DNA of 64,000 bases, from positions 2,368,001 to 2,432,000 of the forward strand of contig OZ253496.1 of NCBI GenBank assembly GCA_965262115.1, given 5' to 3'. Positions 28,140 through 37,598 of this stretch are shown one piece after another (the stretch's first letter is position 1; each line of letters starts with the position of its first letter). Position numbers and translations under genes: made by a program. This DNA is from Nitrospinales bacterium (GTDB lineage: Bacteria; Nitrospinota; Nitrospinia; Nitrospinales; VA-1). The notes below the pieces were generated by a model, which searched no databases, had not been told where the DNA came from, and saw only the letters and a program-made list of their open reading frames with translations.

Positions 28140-28964
28140 ATGGGCAATGTAACTCATGCAAAATCAAGAGATCCAATGCTCTCGGTACTTGGGCAAACGG
28201 GGTCTCTGGATGAATTGAAAGAGGAAAGAATATCCCTGCAATTAGCCAGAGGGCGTGTTTACGATATCCTTTCCAGCGCTTTCAGTTATCCCTGGAACCG
28301 AAAGTTTTTCCGGCCCAAGTCTTTGCTTGAGCCCCTGGATATTGCGCTTGTAGACGAAGAAGACTGGGAATATGTTAAATCCATTATTGATGGGTTCAAC
28401 AAGTATTTACCCAAAATGACAGTCAAGCAGGTGCAACAGGAATATGTCAGGGTTTTTGGACATGCAGTTTCTATGGAGTGCCCCCCTTATGAAATGCAGT
28501 ATGGTACCGAGGGCGGTATTCAGTCCCAGACCGATGTTTTGATTCAGCTGGGCGGCTTTTATGAAACCTTTGGGTTTGAACAGCCGCGAAATAGAACCCG
28601 GGAAAGGGTGGACCATATTTCCCTTGAGTTGGCGTTCATGTTTTTTATGTGTTTTAGAACCGCCTTTGGAATTCAAAACGGACATGATGAAAGAAATATC
28701 AGCGTCCTGACCAGTAGCATGAAAAAATTCACTCGCAATCATATCGGTCGATGGGGTCCTCTGTTTTGTATTTTCACATCCCGAAAAGCCGAGCGTGGAC
28801 TCTATAAGGATATTGTTGATATTCTGGCGATTTTCCTGAAAAACGAGAACCTCCTACTGGATATCAAACCCGTCAGGGTTGAAGAGCCGGAATACCGGTC
28901 CTTGTCTTATAGTATGGAAAATGATTTGATCGCTAATGCACCGGCTGAGTGTGAACCGCGATAA
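28140..28964 (+). CDS. TorD/DmsD-family molybdoenzyme chaperone
   Basis: EYVRVF, PPYE, FYETFGF, ERVDHISLELAFM, HIGRW. Confidence 0.8.
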   Translation: MGNVTHAKSRDPMLSVLGQTGSLDELKEERISLQLARGRVYDILSSAFSYPWNRKFFRPKSLLEPLDIALVDEEDWEYVKSIIDGFNKYLPKMTVKQVQQEYVRVFGHAVSMECPPYEMQYGTEGGIQSQTDVLIQLGGFYETFGFEQPRNRTRERVDHISLELAFMFFMCFRTAFGIQNGHDERNISVLTSSMKKFTRNHIGRWGPLFCIFTSRKAERGLYKDIVDILAIFLKNENLLLDIKPVRVEEPEYRSLSYSMENDLIANAPAECEPR

Positions 28965-29008
28965 GCAGGGTATAAGCTCGATAAATTAATAATCTTAAGC
29001 TCTTAAAG

Positions 29009-29049
29009 CCGGAGGTGAGTCGCCCATACTCATTCTCAGGTTTTTTTTT
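29009..29049 (+). terminator. Intrinsic terminator
   Basis: GAGGTGAGT/ACTCATTCTC stem followed by T9. Confidence 0.55.
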
Positions 29050-29246
29050 GCTCCCACGGCTAGTGTGCGGAGGCTCTCCGTAATTTGAGGTTATTTTAAA
29101 ATCCCCCCCGATCAAATCAGCATCTAAACCCTTATTAGATGGGGTACACCGTGGGCAGACCCCCACTCATTCTGCCCAGCTCAAGTCGGGATTGCCATTT
29201 TCAAAGCACTTGCGGTGAACCCGGATTATCTGAGGACAGAGATAAA

Positions 29247-30944
29247 ATGTTTATCTACGATACCATGAGTCAGGGATTAGAACTTCTTGCCAGGCGCGAG
29301 TTGCAGGATGCAGAAAACTTATTTTTGAGTGTGATTAATGACCCCTACGTACAGCCGCAAGAAACCAAACAAGCGAAGCAATATTTAAACGATATCCGTG
29401 ATTGCAAAAAGGGTGATAAAACCCTCGACTTTGACATTTACAAGAGCCTGGTTAAAAAAGCTGTCACCTCACTGGTTTACGTGGATGAACTGATTGCGGA
29501 CATTTACTTTTCTCCTGCCCATTCTTATAGCGAAATTGATCAGGAACTTTTTTCTAGAATCCCCACAATTGTCAACCGCCTCAAGCAAATCAAAATCAGA
29601 GATATTTCCGCTCGTGACAAATTGTTCGCAGGATTTGAAAAAAGTGCGGCCCGCCTGATTCGGAAACGGTTGCAAGAGGAAAAGGACAATACGAAGGGTA
29701 ATGCCTTCGAAAATTACCGTTGTAAAACCATCTTCAGAAAGTTTGTCGAACAGATAAATCCCTTCCTGTTAGAACGGCATCTGGAGCTTTTGGATTACAT
29801 TTTAGCGACCGGCGAGATCCAGCTTTTGGAAGATCCCAAGCTCACAGTGTTAACGCCAAAATATTCGTGGATCATTGAATCCACTTTGAAAAGCCAGTGG
29901 TTTTTGTTGAGAAGTTATTTTTTCAAGGCTAAGGCGGAAATCGAGTCCCAGTTCAGGAAAAAGGAAGGGACTCGCAAATACTGGGAAGAGGTGAAGTATA
30001 AGAAAATAAAAATTTTTGAGGAATGCAATTTCAGCGAGGCAAATATACAGAAATTTCTTTTTATAGATAAGTTGAATTATAAAACTCTGGAAGAAATTCA
30101 TGGTTTTGCAAATACCATGGATCTGGATTTGATGCCACGTGATGTCAGCCTTGCTTTGAGAGGTGTTGAGAAGGCCAAAGACCATATCCGCGAGCGCTTA
30201 GGTTTCTTGATGGGGAACCGCAAAGTTTTTCAGGACGGACTTTTGGAATTGGGCTTTTCCAAAAAAAACGCTTATGTCATAGCTCGGCAGGCAAAGCGTT
30301 CCAACAACCACCAGATCAGAGAAGCTTTTAAACTCGCCTTGAAGGTGACCCGGGACGATATTGCCTGGTATCGTATTTCCCCCGATTCGGAAAAATTAAA
30401 AAATGAAATCGAGAACCAGTGCGTTAAGCATTTGAGCACGGTACGAATCCATTTGTTTGAAAGAGGACGACTGAATAAAATCCTGCTCCAGGAAGGGAAG
30501 AAGTTGATCCGCGCCTACCTTGAAAAGGTTTATGGGGACAAGGTTTCAGAACTGCATTGTTATTTTCGTCTGGAAACTATTCATCAATACTATAAGTTGA
30601 AGTTTTTTCAGTATCACGAAGAAGCTGTTCCCAGTGTTTCTGAATTGATCAAGATAAGCAGAAAGGAATTTCAGCCTACCCTGGTAAAAGGCTATGAGAT
30701 TTTTGTGAAAAAGAAACGCTTGCAAATCTCTTCTGCATTATATAAGGGGATTGCTTCCAAACCTTCAGTGACACTTTGGGAGGATGCGTATACCACGCCG
30801 GAAGAAAGAATTCTTTTGCGGTTTTGGTTTTTGATGGATCACGGGGCTGCTGTAAACCAGAAACTTGTCGACAGTGGTGTATTAAAGCCTGGATTTGATC
30901 TTTGGGGCTTTTTGAAGAATCAAGGAGAAGATTGCAAAAGTTGA
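29247..30944 (+). CDS. Hypothetical helical protein
   Basis: Long ORF, ATG after GAGGA; no motif recognised. Confidence 0.7.
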   Translation: MFIYDTMSQGLELLARRELQDAENLFLSVINDPYVQPQETKQAKQYLNDIRDCKKGDKTLDFDIYKSLVKKAVTSLVYVDELIADIYFSPAHSYSEIDQELFSRIPTIVNRLKQIKIRDISARDKLFAGFEKSAARLIRKRLQEEKDNTKGNAFENYRCKTIFRKFVEQINPFLLERHLELLDYILATGEIQLLEDPKLTVLTPKYSWIIESTLKSQWFLLRSYFFKAKAEIESQFRKKEGTRKYWEEVKYKKIKIFEECNFSEANIQKFLFIDKLNYKTLEEIHGFANTMDLDLMPRDVSLALRGVEKAKDHIRERLGFLMGNRKVFQDGLLELGFSKKNAYVIARQAKRSNNHQIREAFKLALKVTRDDIAWYRISPDSEKLKNEIENQCVKHLSTVRIHLFERGRLNKILLQEGKKLIRAYLEKVYGDKVSELHCYFRLETIHQYYKLKFFQYHEEAVPSVSELIKISRKEFQPTLVKGYEIFVKKKRLQISSALYKGIASKPSVTLWEDAYTTPEERILLRFWFLMDHGAAVNQKLVDSGVLKPGFDLWGFLKNQGEDCKS

Positions 30945-32626
30945 TTCATGCGGTTTTGCATGTCTTTGAGAGGCATGAGATCACCTTTTTTTGAGGCCAC
31001 TGCGATACCTTTTTTATACGTTTCAATGGCCTCTGTCTTGTTTGAGAGTTTTTCCCAGGTCTTTCCCAGTAGCAGATAGGCGGCGGAGTAATTCTGATGG
31101 GCCTCAATGACGGTTTTTAAGGGCTTGAGTCCTTCCTGGTAGCGGTCGGTTTCCAAATATATGGATCCGAGGCCAAAGTTTGCCACCTGATCTTTCGGGT
31201 CAATCTCCAGCACCTGTTTGAACATTTCAACCCGTTCTTCCATTTCCTTCTTTTTTTGTTCTTGTTCTTTTTTCTTTAACTTTTTAGCCATATTTTTTTC
31301 AATCGCCCGTTCAAACTCTATGGCGGTGGCTTCGGCTTTTTCAAGTTCTGCATCTTCGATTCGACCTTGCTTCATGTAGTAGACCGAAAGGTTGGTGTGA
31401 GCCATGATTTCCTGAGGATTGATTTCCGTCAGCCTTTTCATCAGGGCGATGGCTTCATCCAGTTTGTCTTGTTTGGCAAGGAAAACTCCCAACGCTTCAT
31501 AGGCTTCCGCGTTTTTGGAATCCAGCTCAATGGATTCCCGAAGCAGAGCGATGGGACCATCCAGATCATCCTGCTCCTTGTAAATTTGCAGAGCCTGATG
31601 CAGGAGTTTATTGGAGTGGTCCTTTCGAGTCTGGGACTGGTAAAAAGGCAACAAGCAGGTTTTAACCTTGAAGGGCTTGTTATCAATAGTTGCTTCCAGT
31701 TCAATGTCTGGACTTCTATGTTCTTTGTGGAGATAGGAAAGGGCAACGATTTTATCAAGAGTGACAGAGCGTACCGAACTCTTGATCGTGCCAATTTCCT
31801 TCTCCCCAAGCCGGAGTGTGCCGTTAAAAGGTGGAAGGTCTAATCCCTCAATGGTCAGGCCCATTAAGGCAAAGTTGGGCGCTCCATAAGTTTTGATTCG
31901 GGCGATCACTTCCTGTCCGATATAGCACCCCTTGTTATAACTGACGGAGGTGTGTTCCAGTCCGGTTTCAGGCAGGATATTTTTTTTATCCATATCCTTG
32001 TCGTAAATTGGAATCCCTGCCTCAATCCGAAGAACTTCGCGGACGATTTCGCACACTTTTATTGGGGGTGGGTCGTTTCGCAAAATAAGCTCGATCAATT
32101 TTTCTTTCAATTCATTTGGCAAGCAAAGAATTTGTCCTTCTTCACCCGTCAGGCTTTTCATGATGAGGTCCACCCGATGCCCACGGAGAGTCAGTTGAGT
32201 GGTGTCATTAGGTTTGTCGGGCAGGTTTTGGCCTGAGAAAATCTTTTCCAGAATGAGAGAGCTTTTGGGGCCTTGCAGTGCCAGCAGTTGGCAGTTTAAA
32301 ACTGTGAACTCAACCTCCTCGCGAAAGTGGAAACTTTCCAAATGGCTCAGCAATATCTCTTTGAGTGAAGCCTCCACCAGGATATAGGCCTCATGTTCGG
32401 CTATTCGATGAATAGAGAAGTTTGCAATCAGCCGGGCCTGTCGATCGGTGACGGCACTGTTCTGGCCTTGTCCTGGCTGGATTTGCAATACGTCATTAGT
32501 GGTCTGGGTCTGCAGAAAAGAGAAGGTCTCTTTACCCTTGGCCGAGATAACGGCCCAGTTTTCAAGCAGGAAATAACCACAATGGTTGCGGACTTGATCG
32601 ACTTCAGTCTGAAATGTGTGTTTCAT
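30920..32626 (-). CDS. YgfZ/GcvT-like folate-binding protein fused to TPRs
   Basis: FLQTQTTND, LRIEAGIP, KGCYIGQEVIAR signature; C-terminal TPRs. Confidence 0.85.
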   Translation of the reverse strand: MKHTFQTEVDQVRNHCGYFLLENWAVISAKGKETFSFLQTQTTNDVLQIQPGQGQNSAVTDRQARLIANFSIHRIAEHEAYILVEASLKEILLSHLESFHFREEVEFTVLNCQLLALQGPKSSLILEKIFSGQNLPDKPNDTTQLTLRGHRVDLIMKSLTGEEGQILCLPNELKEKLIELILRNDPPPIKVCEIVREVLRIEAGIPIYDKDMDKKNILPETGLEHTSVSYNKGCYIGQEVIARIKTYGAPNFALMGLTIEGLDLPPFNGTLRLGEKEIGTIKSSVRSVTLDKIVALSYLHKEHRSPDIELEATIDNKPFKVKTCLLPFYQSQTRKDHSNKLLHQALQIYKEQDDLDGPIALLRESIELDSKNAEAYEALGVFLAKQDKLDEAIALMKRLTEINPQEIMAHTNLSVYYMKQGRIEDAELEKAEATAIEFERAIEKNMAKKLKKKEQEQKKKEMEERVEMFKQVLEIDPKDQVANFGLGSIYLETDRYQEGLKPLKTVIEAHQNYSAAYLLLGKTWEKLSNKTEAIETYKKGIAVASKKGDLMPLKDMQNRMNQLLQSSP

Positions 32627-32713
32627 GGGCTAAAATAAACGCACCACTAGCCGTGGAGGCAGATAACAAAAAGTTGTTAGAAGGAAGTTTATTGTGCTCC
32701 CTCTTTCTCAAAG

Positions 32714-32752
32714 CACCCGTGCCGGGCACGAGGGCTAAGGTTAAATATCACG
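32714..32752 (+). repeat. Diverged 39-nt unit inside the CCCTCTTT palindrome
   Basis: CTCAAAG[CACCCGTGCCGGGCACGAGGGCTAAGGTTAAATATCACG]AGGGG. Confidence 0.7.
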
Positions 32753-32815
32753 AGGGGCTGGGGTGATTTACATCCAGTAATAACCCGTTGCTCTGAACGG
32801 GGAACATTTGTTTTG

Positions 32816-33157
32816 TCAGGTGATGGAGAAGGACTCCCCGCATCCGCAGGTTGAGGTTGCGTTTGGATTTACAAAAACAAATCCTTTTCCCTGCAAGCCG
32901 TCCTGAAAATCCAATTGCATGCCTTTCAAGTAAATCATGCTTTTGGCATCCATGTAGACGTTAAAGCCTTCATGCGGGATCACCGTGTCACCATTCTCCT
33001 GCGGCGTGAACTGGAGGTCGTAAGACAGGCCGGAACATCCGCCTCCTTTAACTCCCAGGCGTAGTCCGATATCGGGATTGCTTTCTGCATTGACAAGCTT
33101 TATGACCTCTTCGCTGGCTTTAGGGGTAATTTTTACAAAATCGATGTCGACTGCCAT
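32816..33157 (-). CDS. iscA: A-type Fe-S carrier (IscA/ErpA family)
   Basis: GGGCSGLSY, NPNATSTCGCGESF. Confidence 0.9.
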   Translation of the reverse strand: MAVDIDFVKITPKASEEVIKLVNAESNPDIGLRLGVKGGGCSGLSYDLQFTPQENGDTVIPHEGFNVYMDAKSMIYLKGMQLDFQDGLQGKGFVFVNPNATSTCGCGESFSIT

Positions 33158-33199
33158 GAACGCCTCCAGTGGTTATGTTTTGCTCCCTCTTTCTCAAAG

Positions 33200-33239
33200 T
33201 ACCCCTTCGGGGCATGAAAGTTAATGAGGGGATATCACA
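33200..33239 (+). repeat. 40-nt unit inside the CCCTCTTT palindrome (exact IS110 target)
   Basis: CTCAAAG[TACCCCTTCGGGGCATGAAAGTTAATGAGGGGATATCACA]AGGG. Confidence 0.9.
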
Positions 33240-33317
33240 AGGGCCGGGGTGATTTACATTCAGAAGAAATTATAACTCTTCCTATTAGATAGCATATGGG
33301 TGCTTAAAGATTCATTA

Positions 33318-33347
33318 ATTATACCCAATTTTAGCGTTTTCCGTCAA
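33318..33347 (-). promoter_or_regulatory. sigma70-like promoter upstream of iscA
   Basis: TTGACG-18 bp-TATAAT on the minus strand. Confidence 0.55.
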
Positions 33348-33762
33348 ATTAAGCGCACTCGGCGTGCGGCCAACGGGTAATAGCCTTCATGGGCGGACAA
33401 AGTGTTGTCTTGGCTTATATTTCGTTGGCAAACACATCAGGTATTTTGATGATTTTTTGATATGGGTGACATTGGGACTTTTATCATTATTAATGCTGTA
33501 TGTTTCGATAATTTGGATTGCAAAAGGATTTACAAAGGAGCAATAATCTGGCTGATTTTGAGGGACTACTAGAACTAAGCCTTACGATACATTGGTGGAA
33601 TATATTTTATTTCTTCTGAATGTAAATCATCAATACTTGAGTTCAAGTTGTAAGTGCAACTTTTAGTAAAGTTTTCTTTTTGAAGAATAGCTCAAATTCA
33701 CCAAATCGTTTCAAAAGCCCACCCATTTCCAGTATGTGTTAGTCGATGGGTATGGGCAATCT

Positions 33763-34173
33763 TTATAGAACCTCCTTCAAGGCGGTTTGAAAAAACTTTG
33801 AACGGTTTAACCCCATGCTTTTTGCTCTCTGGTCCGCGACCTTCAGGAGGTTTTTGGGGATAGTGATATCAACGTGGACGGACTTGTCGGATTCCATCGA
33901 CATCTTCACAGCAAAAACATCGGGTTCAATCAGGGCGACCGATTCACCGGGCTCGGTTTTTTTCATGATCTTTTTGACCGGGCTTGGTCTGGGAATTTTC
34001 TCTCCATCCGTCAGCATTCCATATAAGTGGAGAGACAGGCACTCCTTAGCCATTTTAATGGCGTCTTCATAGTTATCCCCCATACTTACGGCTCCTGGCA
34101 GGTCCGGGAAGGATACTCCATACCCTTTTTTAGCGGGTTCCAGAATGGCGGGAAAGGCTCCGGGATTTTTCAT
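33763..34173 (-). CDS. hicB: HicB antitoxin
   Basis: YGVSFPDLPGAVSMGD..EDA, IPRPS, C-terminal RHH-like NRSKF. Confidence 0.88.
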   Translation of the reverse strand: MKNPGAFPAILEPAKKGYGVSFPDLPGAVSMGDNYEDAIKMAKECLSLHLYGMLTDGEKIPRPSPVKKIMKKTEPGESVALIEPDVFAVKMSMESDKSVHVDITIPKNLLKVADQRAKSMGLNRSKFFQTALKEVL

Positions 34174-34174
34174 G

Positions 34175-34375
34175 CTAAAACTCCTTTATTCCTGATTGCT
34201 TCATAATAGATTTAATCATTTTTTTGGAGAACGAGTCTTTTGGGTGCGGTACGGTGACTTTTCCGGGTTTGACAGAATGTTTGAACTGAAGATGGCTCCC
34301 TGCGGAAGTCACTTTATACCAACCGTCTTTTTTAAGGGCTCTGATGATTTGCTTTGAACTCAGGCTCCAGTTCAT
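34175..34375 (-). CDS. hicA: HicA toxin
   Basis: LKKDGW, GSHLQFKH, GKVTVPHP. Confidence 0.9.
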   Translation of the reverse strand: MNWSLSSKQIIRALKKDGWYKVTSAGSHLQFKHSVKPGKVTVPHPKDSFSKKMIKSIMKQSGIKEF

Positions 34376-34382
34376 ACAGACT

Positions 34383-34410
34383 AATATACATTGATAAGGC
34401 GGCGAGTCAA
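34383..34410 (-). promoter_or_regulatory. hicAB promoter, probably leaderless
   Basis: TTGACT-16 bp-TATATT, 7 nt before the ATG; no SD. Confidence 0.55.
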
Positions 34411-34641
34411 TAGGAGCTGACCGGAGAGTATGGCGATATGCTACTCTGGAAAATATGCGGTGCGATTATAAACAGTGTCTTTCGAGTAACCGCTTACTTT
34501 ACAGTGGGATATTTCTTACCTGATCTACTGCCCTTATAGTATTATAGAGTGAAAAAAGCTTGAAAGCATAAATCTTTTTGGCCAAAATAGAATCAAATAC
34601 TGCATAGGTCATTTCAACCCCTGATGGAGATAGATATAAGG

Positions 34642-34872
34642 ATGATCAGTATTCCGGATTTGATTGGTTTGGTTAAAACAGCGGTTCCTGACGCAGAAGT
34701 GAATGCTTTGGATAAAACGGGGATGAAAGATCATTTTATCATTCATGTCACCTCAAATGCTTTTGAAGGAGTGGCAATTATGGATCGGCACCGTATGGTT
34801 ATGGAAGCTTTGGATCCGGCTATGAAGGATGGACGGATTCACGCGGCGGAAGTCAAGACCGCAACACCTTGA
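34642..34872 (+). CDS. BolA family protein
   Basis: DHF.I.V.S.AFEG...DRHRMV..AL...IHA. Confidence 0.85.
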   Translation: MISIPDLIGLVKTAVPDAEVNALDKTGMKDHFIIHVTSNAFEGVAIMDRHRMVMEALDPAMKDGRIHAAEVKTATP

Positions 34873-34944
34873 ACTGACCACAGTGCTCCCCTTGAGTTTT
34901 TATAAATTTTTGTAAGTGTTGATATTTTTTTAAAGGAGTGTGTA

Positions 34945-35265
34945 ATGTCTGGTATTGAAGATCAAATTAAAGAAGAAATTGCGGCTAATAAAATCCTGAT
35001 TTACGGGAAGGGTACTAAAGCAGCACCGCAATGCGGATTCACAGTAGAGACCATCCAGTTTTTCAATAAATATGGGTACCCCTTTGAAGTCATCAATTGT
35101 CTCGAAGATATGACAAAGCGTGAAGCCTTGAACAAGATGACCAACTGGCCGACACTTCCCAAAGTTTTTATTGATGGCAAGTTTTACGGCGATACGGATA
35201 TTCTCGATGAGATGGAAGCCAAGGGTGAGGTGGAGCCTCTGATTAAAGCCGCATTTGGTGAGTGA
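34945..35265 (+). CDS. grxD: Monothiol glutaredoxin
   Basis: KGT..APQCGFT, WPTLP, next to bolA. Confidence 0.85.
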   Translation: MSGIEDQIKEEIAANKILIYGKGTKAAPQCGFTVETIQFFNKYGYPFEVINCLEDMTKREALNKMTNWPTLPKVFIDGKFYGDTDILDEMEAKGEVEPLIKAAFGE

Positions 35266-35414
35266 TATCCCATTTAGGGGTGATGGGCTTGCGGGAATTA
35301 TATCCCTCAAGCCCTGTTCTTTTTTGGGAGGCCTTTTTTTGCAAAGGTCTCGCATTTTTTGGTCCTGTTGTATGACAGGACCCTTTGCTAATAATCAATA
35401 AAGAGGTGTTTTCT

Positions 35415-35936
35415 ATGCCTGATGAGTTAGAGGTTGGGGACCGCGCGCCTAATTTTGAATTGCCCGCTTGCTATGGTTATAAAGCAGGCGCGTCAAGTCC
35501 ATCTGCTGAAGAAAAGGTGGTGGTCGGCCTGAAGGATTTTCAGGATAAAAAATGGGTGGTGCTGGCTTTTTACAGGCTGGATAGCAGTCCTGAAGATACC
35601 CGCCTGATGGTAGGGTTCAATGAATGGAACCGAAAATTCAAAACCCGTGAAGTAGAAGTTGTGGGCTGCAGTTGGAATGGTGTTAACGCTCATCAGCAGT
35701 TTATCGAAGTGTTCCAGTTCGGGTTCACCTTATTGGCGGATGAACACAAAAAAACTACGGAACTTTATGGGGTGATCAAAGAAGAAGAAGATCTGGGCCA
35801 GATGGTCAAATACATTGAACGTACTACTTTCGTGATCGATAAAACAGGAATGATCCGGGCGATTTGGCGAAACATTGAAGACCTCCGCGAACACCCAGCC
35901 GCAGTCTGGGATTTCATCCAAAAAGAAAAGCGCTAG
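35415..35936 (+). CDS. Bcp/peroxiredoxin-fold protein lacking the peroxidatic Cys
   Basis: VGDRAPNFELP, VVLAFY, LLAD, RTTFVIDK; SSPEDT in place of TPGCT. Confidence 0.75.
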   Translation: MPDELEVGDRAPNFELPACYGYKAGASSPSAEEKVVVGLKDFQDKKWVVLAFYRLDSSPEDTRLMVGFNEWNRKFKTREVEVVGCSWNGVNAHQQFIEVFQFGFTLLADEHKKTTELYGVIKEEEDLGQMVKYIERTTFVIDKTGMIRAIWRNIEDLREHPAAVWDFIQKEKR

Positions 35937-36017
35937 CGACCGGCCAAGCGGCCGGAGGCAATCGGGCAAAGGCTTATTGAACCGCCAAAACTCTTTGCTC
36001 GCCAGCAAAAGTCAGTG

Positions 36018-36743
36018 CTAGTTGGCCCCGCGCCTAGCGGTAGTTATGATGGTTTCCCGAATGGATTCCAAAACAGCCTCATTTTCTTTTTTATCGGCGC
36101 TTGGTTCGACGGGAGGGGAAATAATGACCCGGATGGGACCCGGGGTGATGCTGGCACTGCCTTTTTTGATGATATCCCCACTCCCGATAATGGTGATCGG
36201 TACCATAGGGCTTTTGGACCGGCTAGCTATCAGATTGCTGCCCTTCTTAAACGGACCTATTTCTCCATCCTCAGAGCGTGTGCCTTCCGGGAAAATAATT
36301 AATGAACATCCTTCCCTGATTTTTTCCAGTGTCTTGTTAAAAGCTTCATAAGCCTTCTTGCGATCACCCCTGTCTACCTGGATGTAACCCGATGCTGACA
36401 TCGACCAACCCATAAGAGGAATTTTGAACAGGCTAGATTTGGCGACCCATCTTATTTGTACGGGAAGATATCCAGACAACGCGAAAATATCAAAATAGCC
36501 CTGGTGGTTGGAAACGAAAATTTGCGGTCGATCGGTGAGAATATTTTCCTGTCCGCTTATTTCAACCTTAACTCCGTTCAGTTTGCAAAGAAGCCGACAC
36601 CAGAGTCGGGATATCGTGTGGGAGAGGTTGCCGCTTTTGTCAAAAATTCCTGCGACAATCGCCAGAATCCCAAGAATTATGGATAGAAAAGAAATGAGCA
36701 TCCAAAACCTTGCTGTATGATAAATTAAAACGAGTTTGCTCAA
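36018..36743 (-). CDS. plsC: 1-acyl-sn-glycerol-3-phosphate acyltransferase
   Basis: NHQGYFD, IFPEGTRS, FKKG. Confidence 0.88.
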   Translation of the reverse strand: MSKLVLIYHTARFWMLISFLSIILGILAIVAGIFDKSGNLSHTISRLWCRLLCKLNGVKVEISGQENILTDRPQIFVSNHQGYFDIFALSGYLPVQIRWVAKSSLFKIPLMGWSMSASGYIQVDRGDRKKAYEAFNKTLEKIREGCSLIIFPEGTRSEDGEIGPFKKGSNLIASRSKSPMVPITIIGSGDIIKKGSASITPGPIRVIISPPVEPSADKKENEAVLESIRETIITTARRGAN

Positions 36744-36775
36744 CTTGGATTCCGTCTGAAATCGGCTTGAAAAAA

Positions 36776-37579
36776 ATGGCAGGAAATCGGAAAAGGTTCG
36801 GTATTTGCTTTCAAATCGGGCTGATTTTAATATTGCTGGTTGTGAGTATTCAGAATTCCGCTGCCTGGGGACCTCAGGGCCATCGGGTTATTGGTTTTAT
36901 TGCCGAGAGCCATTTACAACCGGAGGCTAAAGAATTAATCCTCGAAAAGTTTAACATAAACAGCTTGGCAGATGTTGCGACCTGGGCGGACAGGACCCGG
37001 AAAAAGCGAAAAGAAGAAAACCCCTGGCATTACACCAATATTGAAGAAGGGCAGGGGACTTATAAAGCTGAAAGGGATTGCCCAAGCGGAGCCTGTGTTA
37101 CCGAGAAAATTCATGAATTCTCAGGTGTTTTAGGAAACCGTTCAGCTTCTTTACCGCAAAGAAAAGCCGCGCTGAAATATCTGGTACATTTTGTTGGAGA
37201 TGTGCATCAACCCCTTCACCTGGGTAACAAAAAAGATCGGGGCGGGGGCACTCTCCGCTTTCCTTATAAAGGAAAAGTGGCCAGCCTGCATTATTTATGG
37301 GATGGAGGGCTGATAGAGTGGCCTGGATCTCTGTTACAATACGCGTCCCACTTGAATAATAGGGTGTCTGAGGACGAAGTTTTGATGTGGAACCAGTCAT
37401 CGGTTTCTGATTGGGCCAACGAATCCAGAAGCCTGGCTTTGAAAGTCGCCTACAATATTGAAGAGGAAGGCCTGACCAAACCTTATATTGAAAAAGGCCG
37501 GGAGGTTATTAACCTCCGGCTAACGCAGGCAGGTGTTCGGCTTGCGCACTTGTTGAATACAATATTAACGATTTTGTAA
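36776..37579 (+). CDS. S1/P1 nuclease, exported
   Basis: Signal peptide then WGPQGH, WAD, WHY, HFVGDVHQPLH, LHYLWD, AGVRLA. Confidence 0.9.
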   Translation: MAGNRKRFGICFQIGLILILLVVSIQNSAAWGPQGHRVIGFIAESHLQPEAKELILEKFNINSLADVATWADRTRKKRKEENPWHYTNIEEGQGTYKAERDCPSGACVTEKIHEFSGVLGNRSASLPQRKAALKYLVHFVGDVHQPLHLGNKKDRGGGTLRFPYKGKVASLHYLWDGGLIEWPGSLLQYASHLNNRVSEDEVLMWNQSSVSDWANESRSLALKVAYNIEEEGLTKPYIEKGREVINLRLTQAGVRLAHLLNTILTIL

Positions 37580-37598
37580 TGGGGGGGGGGGGGGGACC

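Noticed and set aside
23906..30944. TPR and hypothetical genes as an anti-phage defence island
   Set aside because: No nuclease, NTPase, TIR or SIR2 motifs recognised and no mobility markers
33364..33546. 60-aa ORF with hydrophobic tail as a type I toxin
   Set aside because: The start lies inside a repeat, with no clear RBS or antisense RNA evidence
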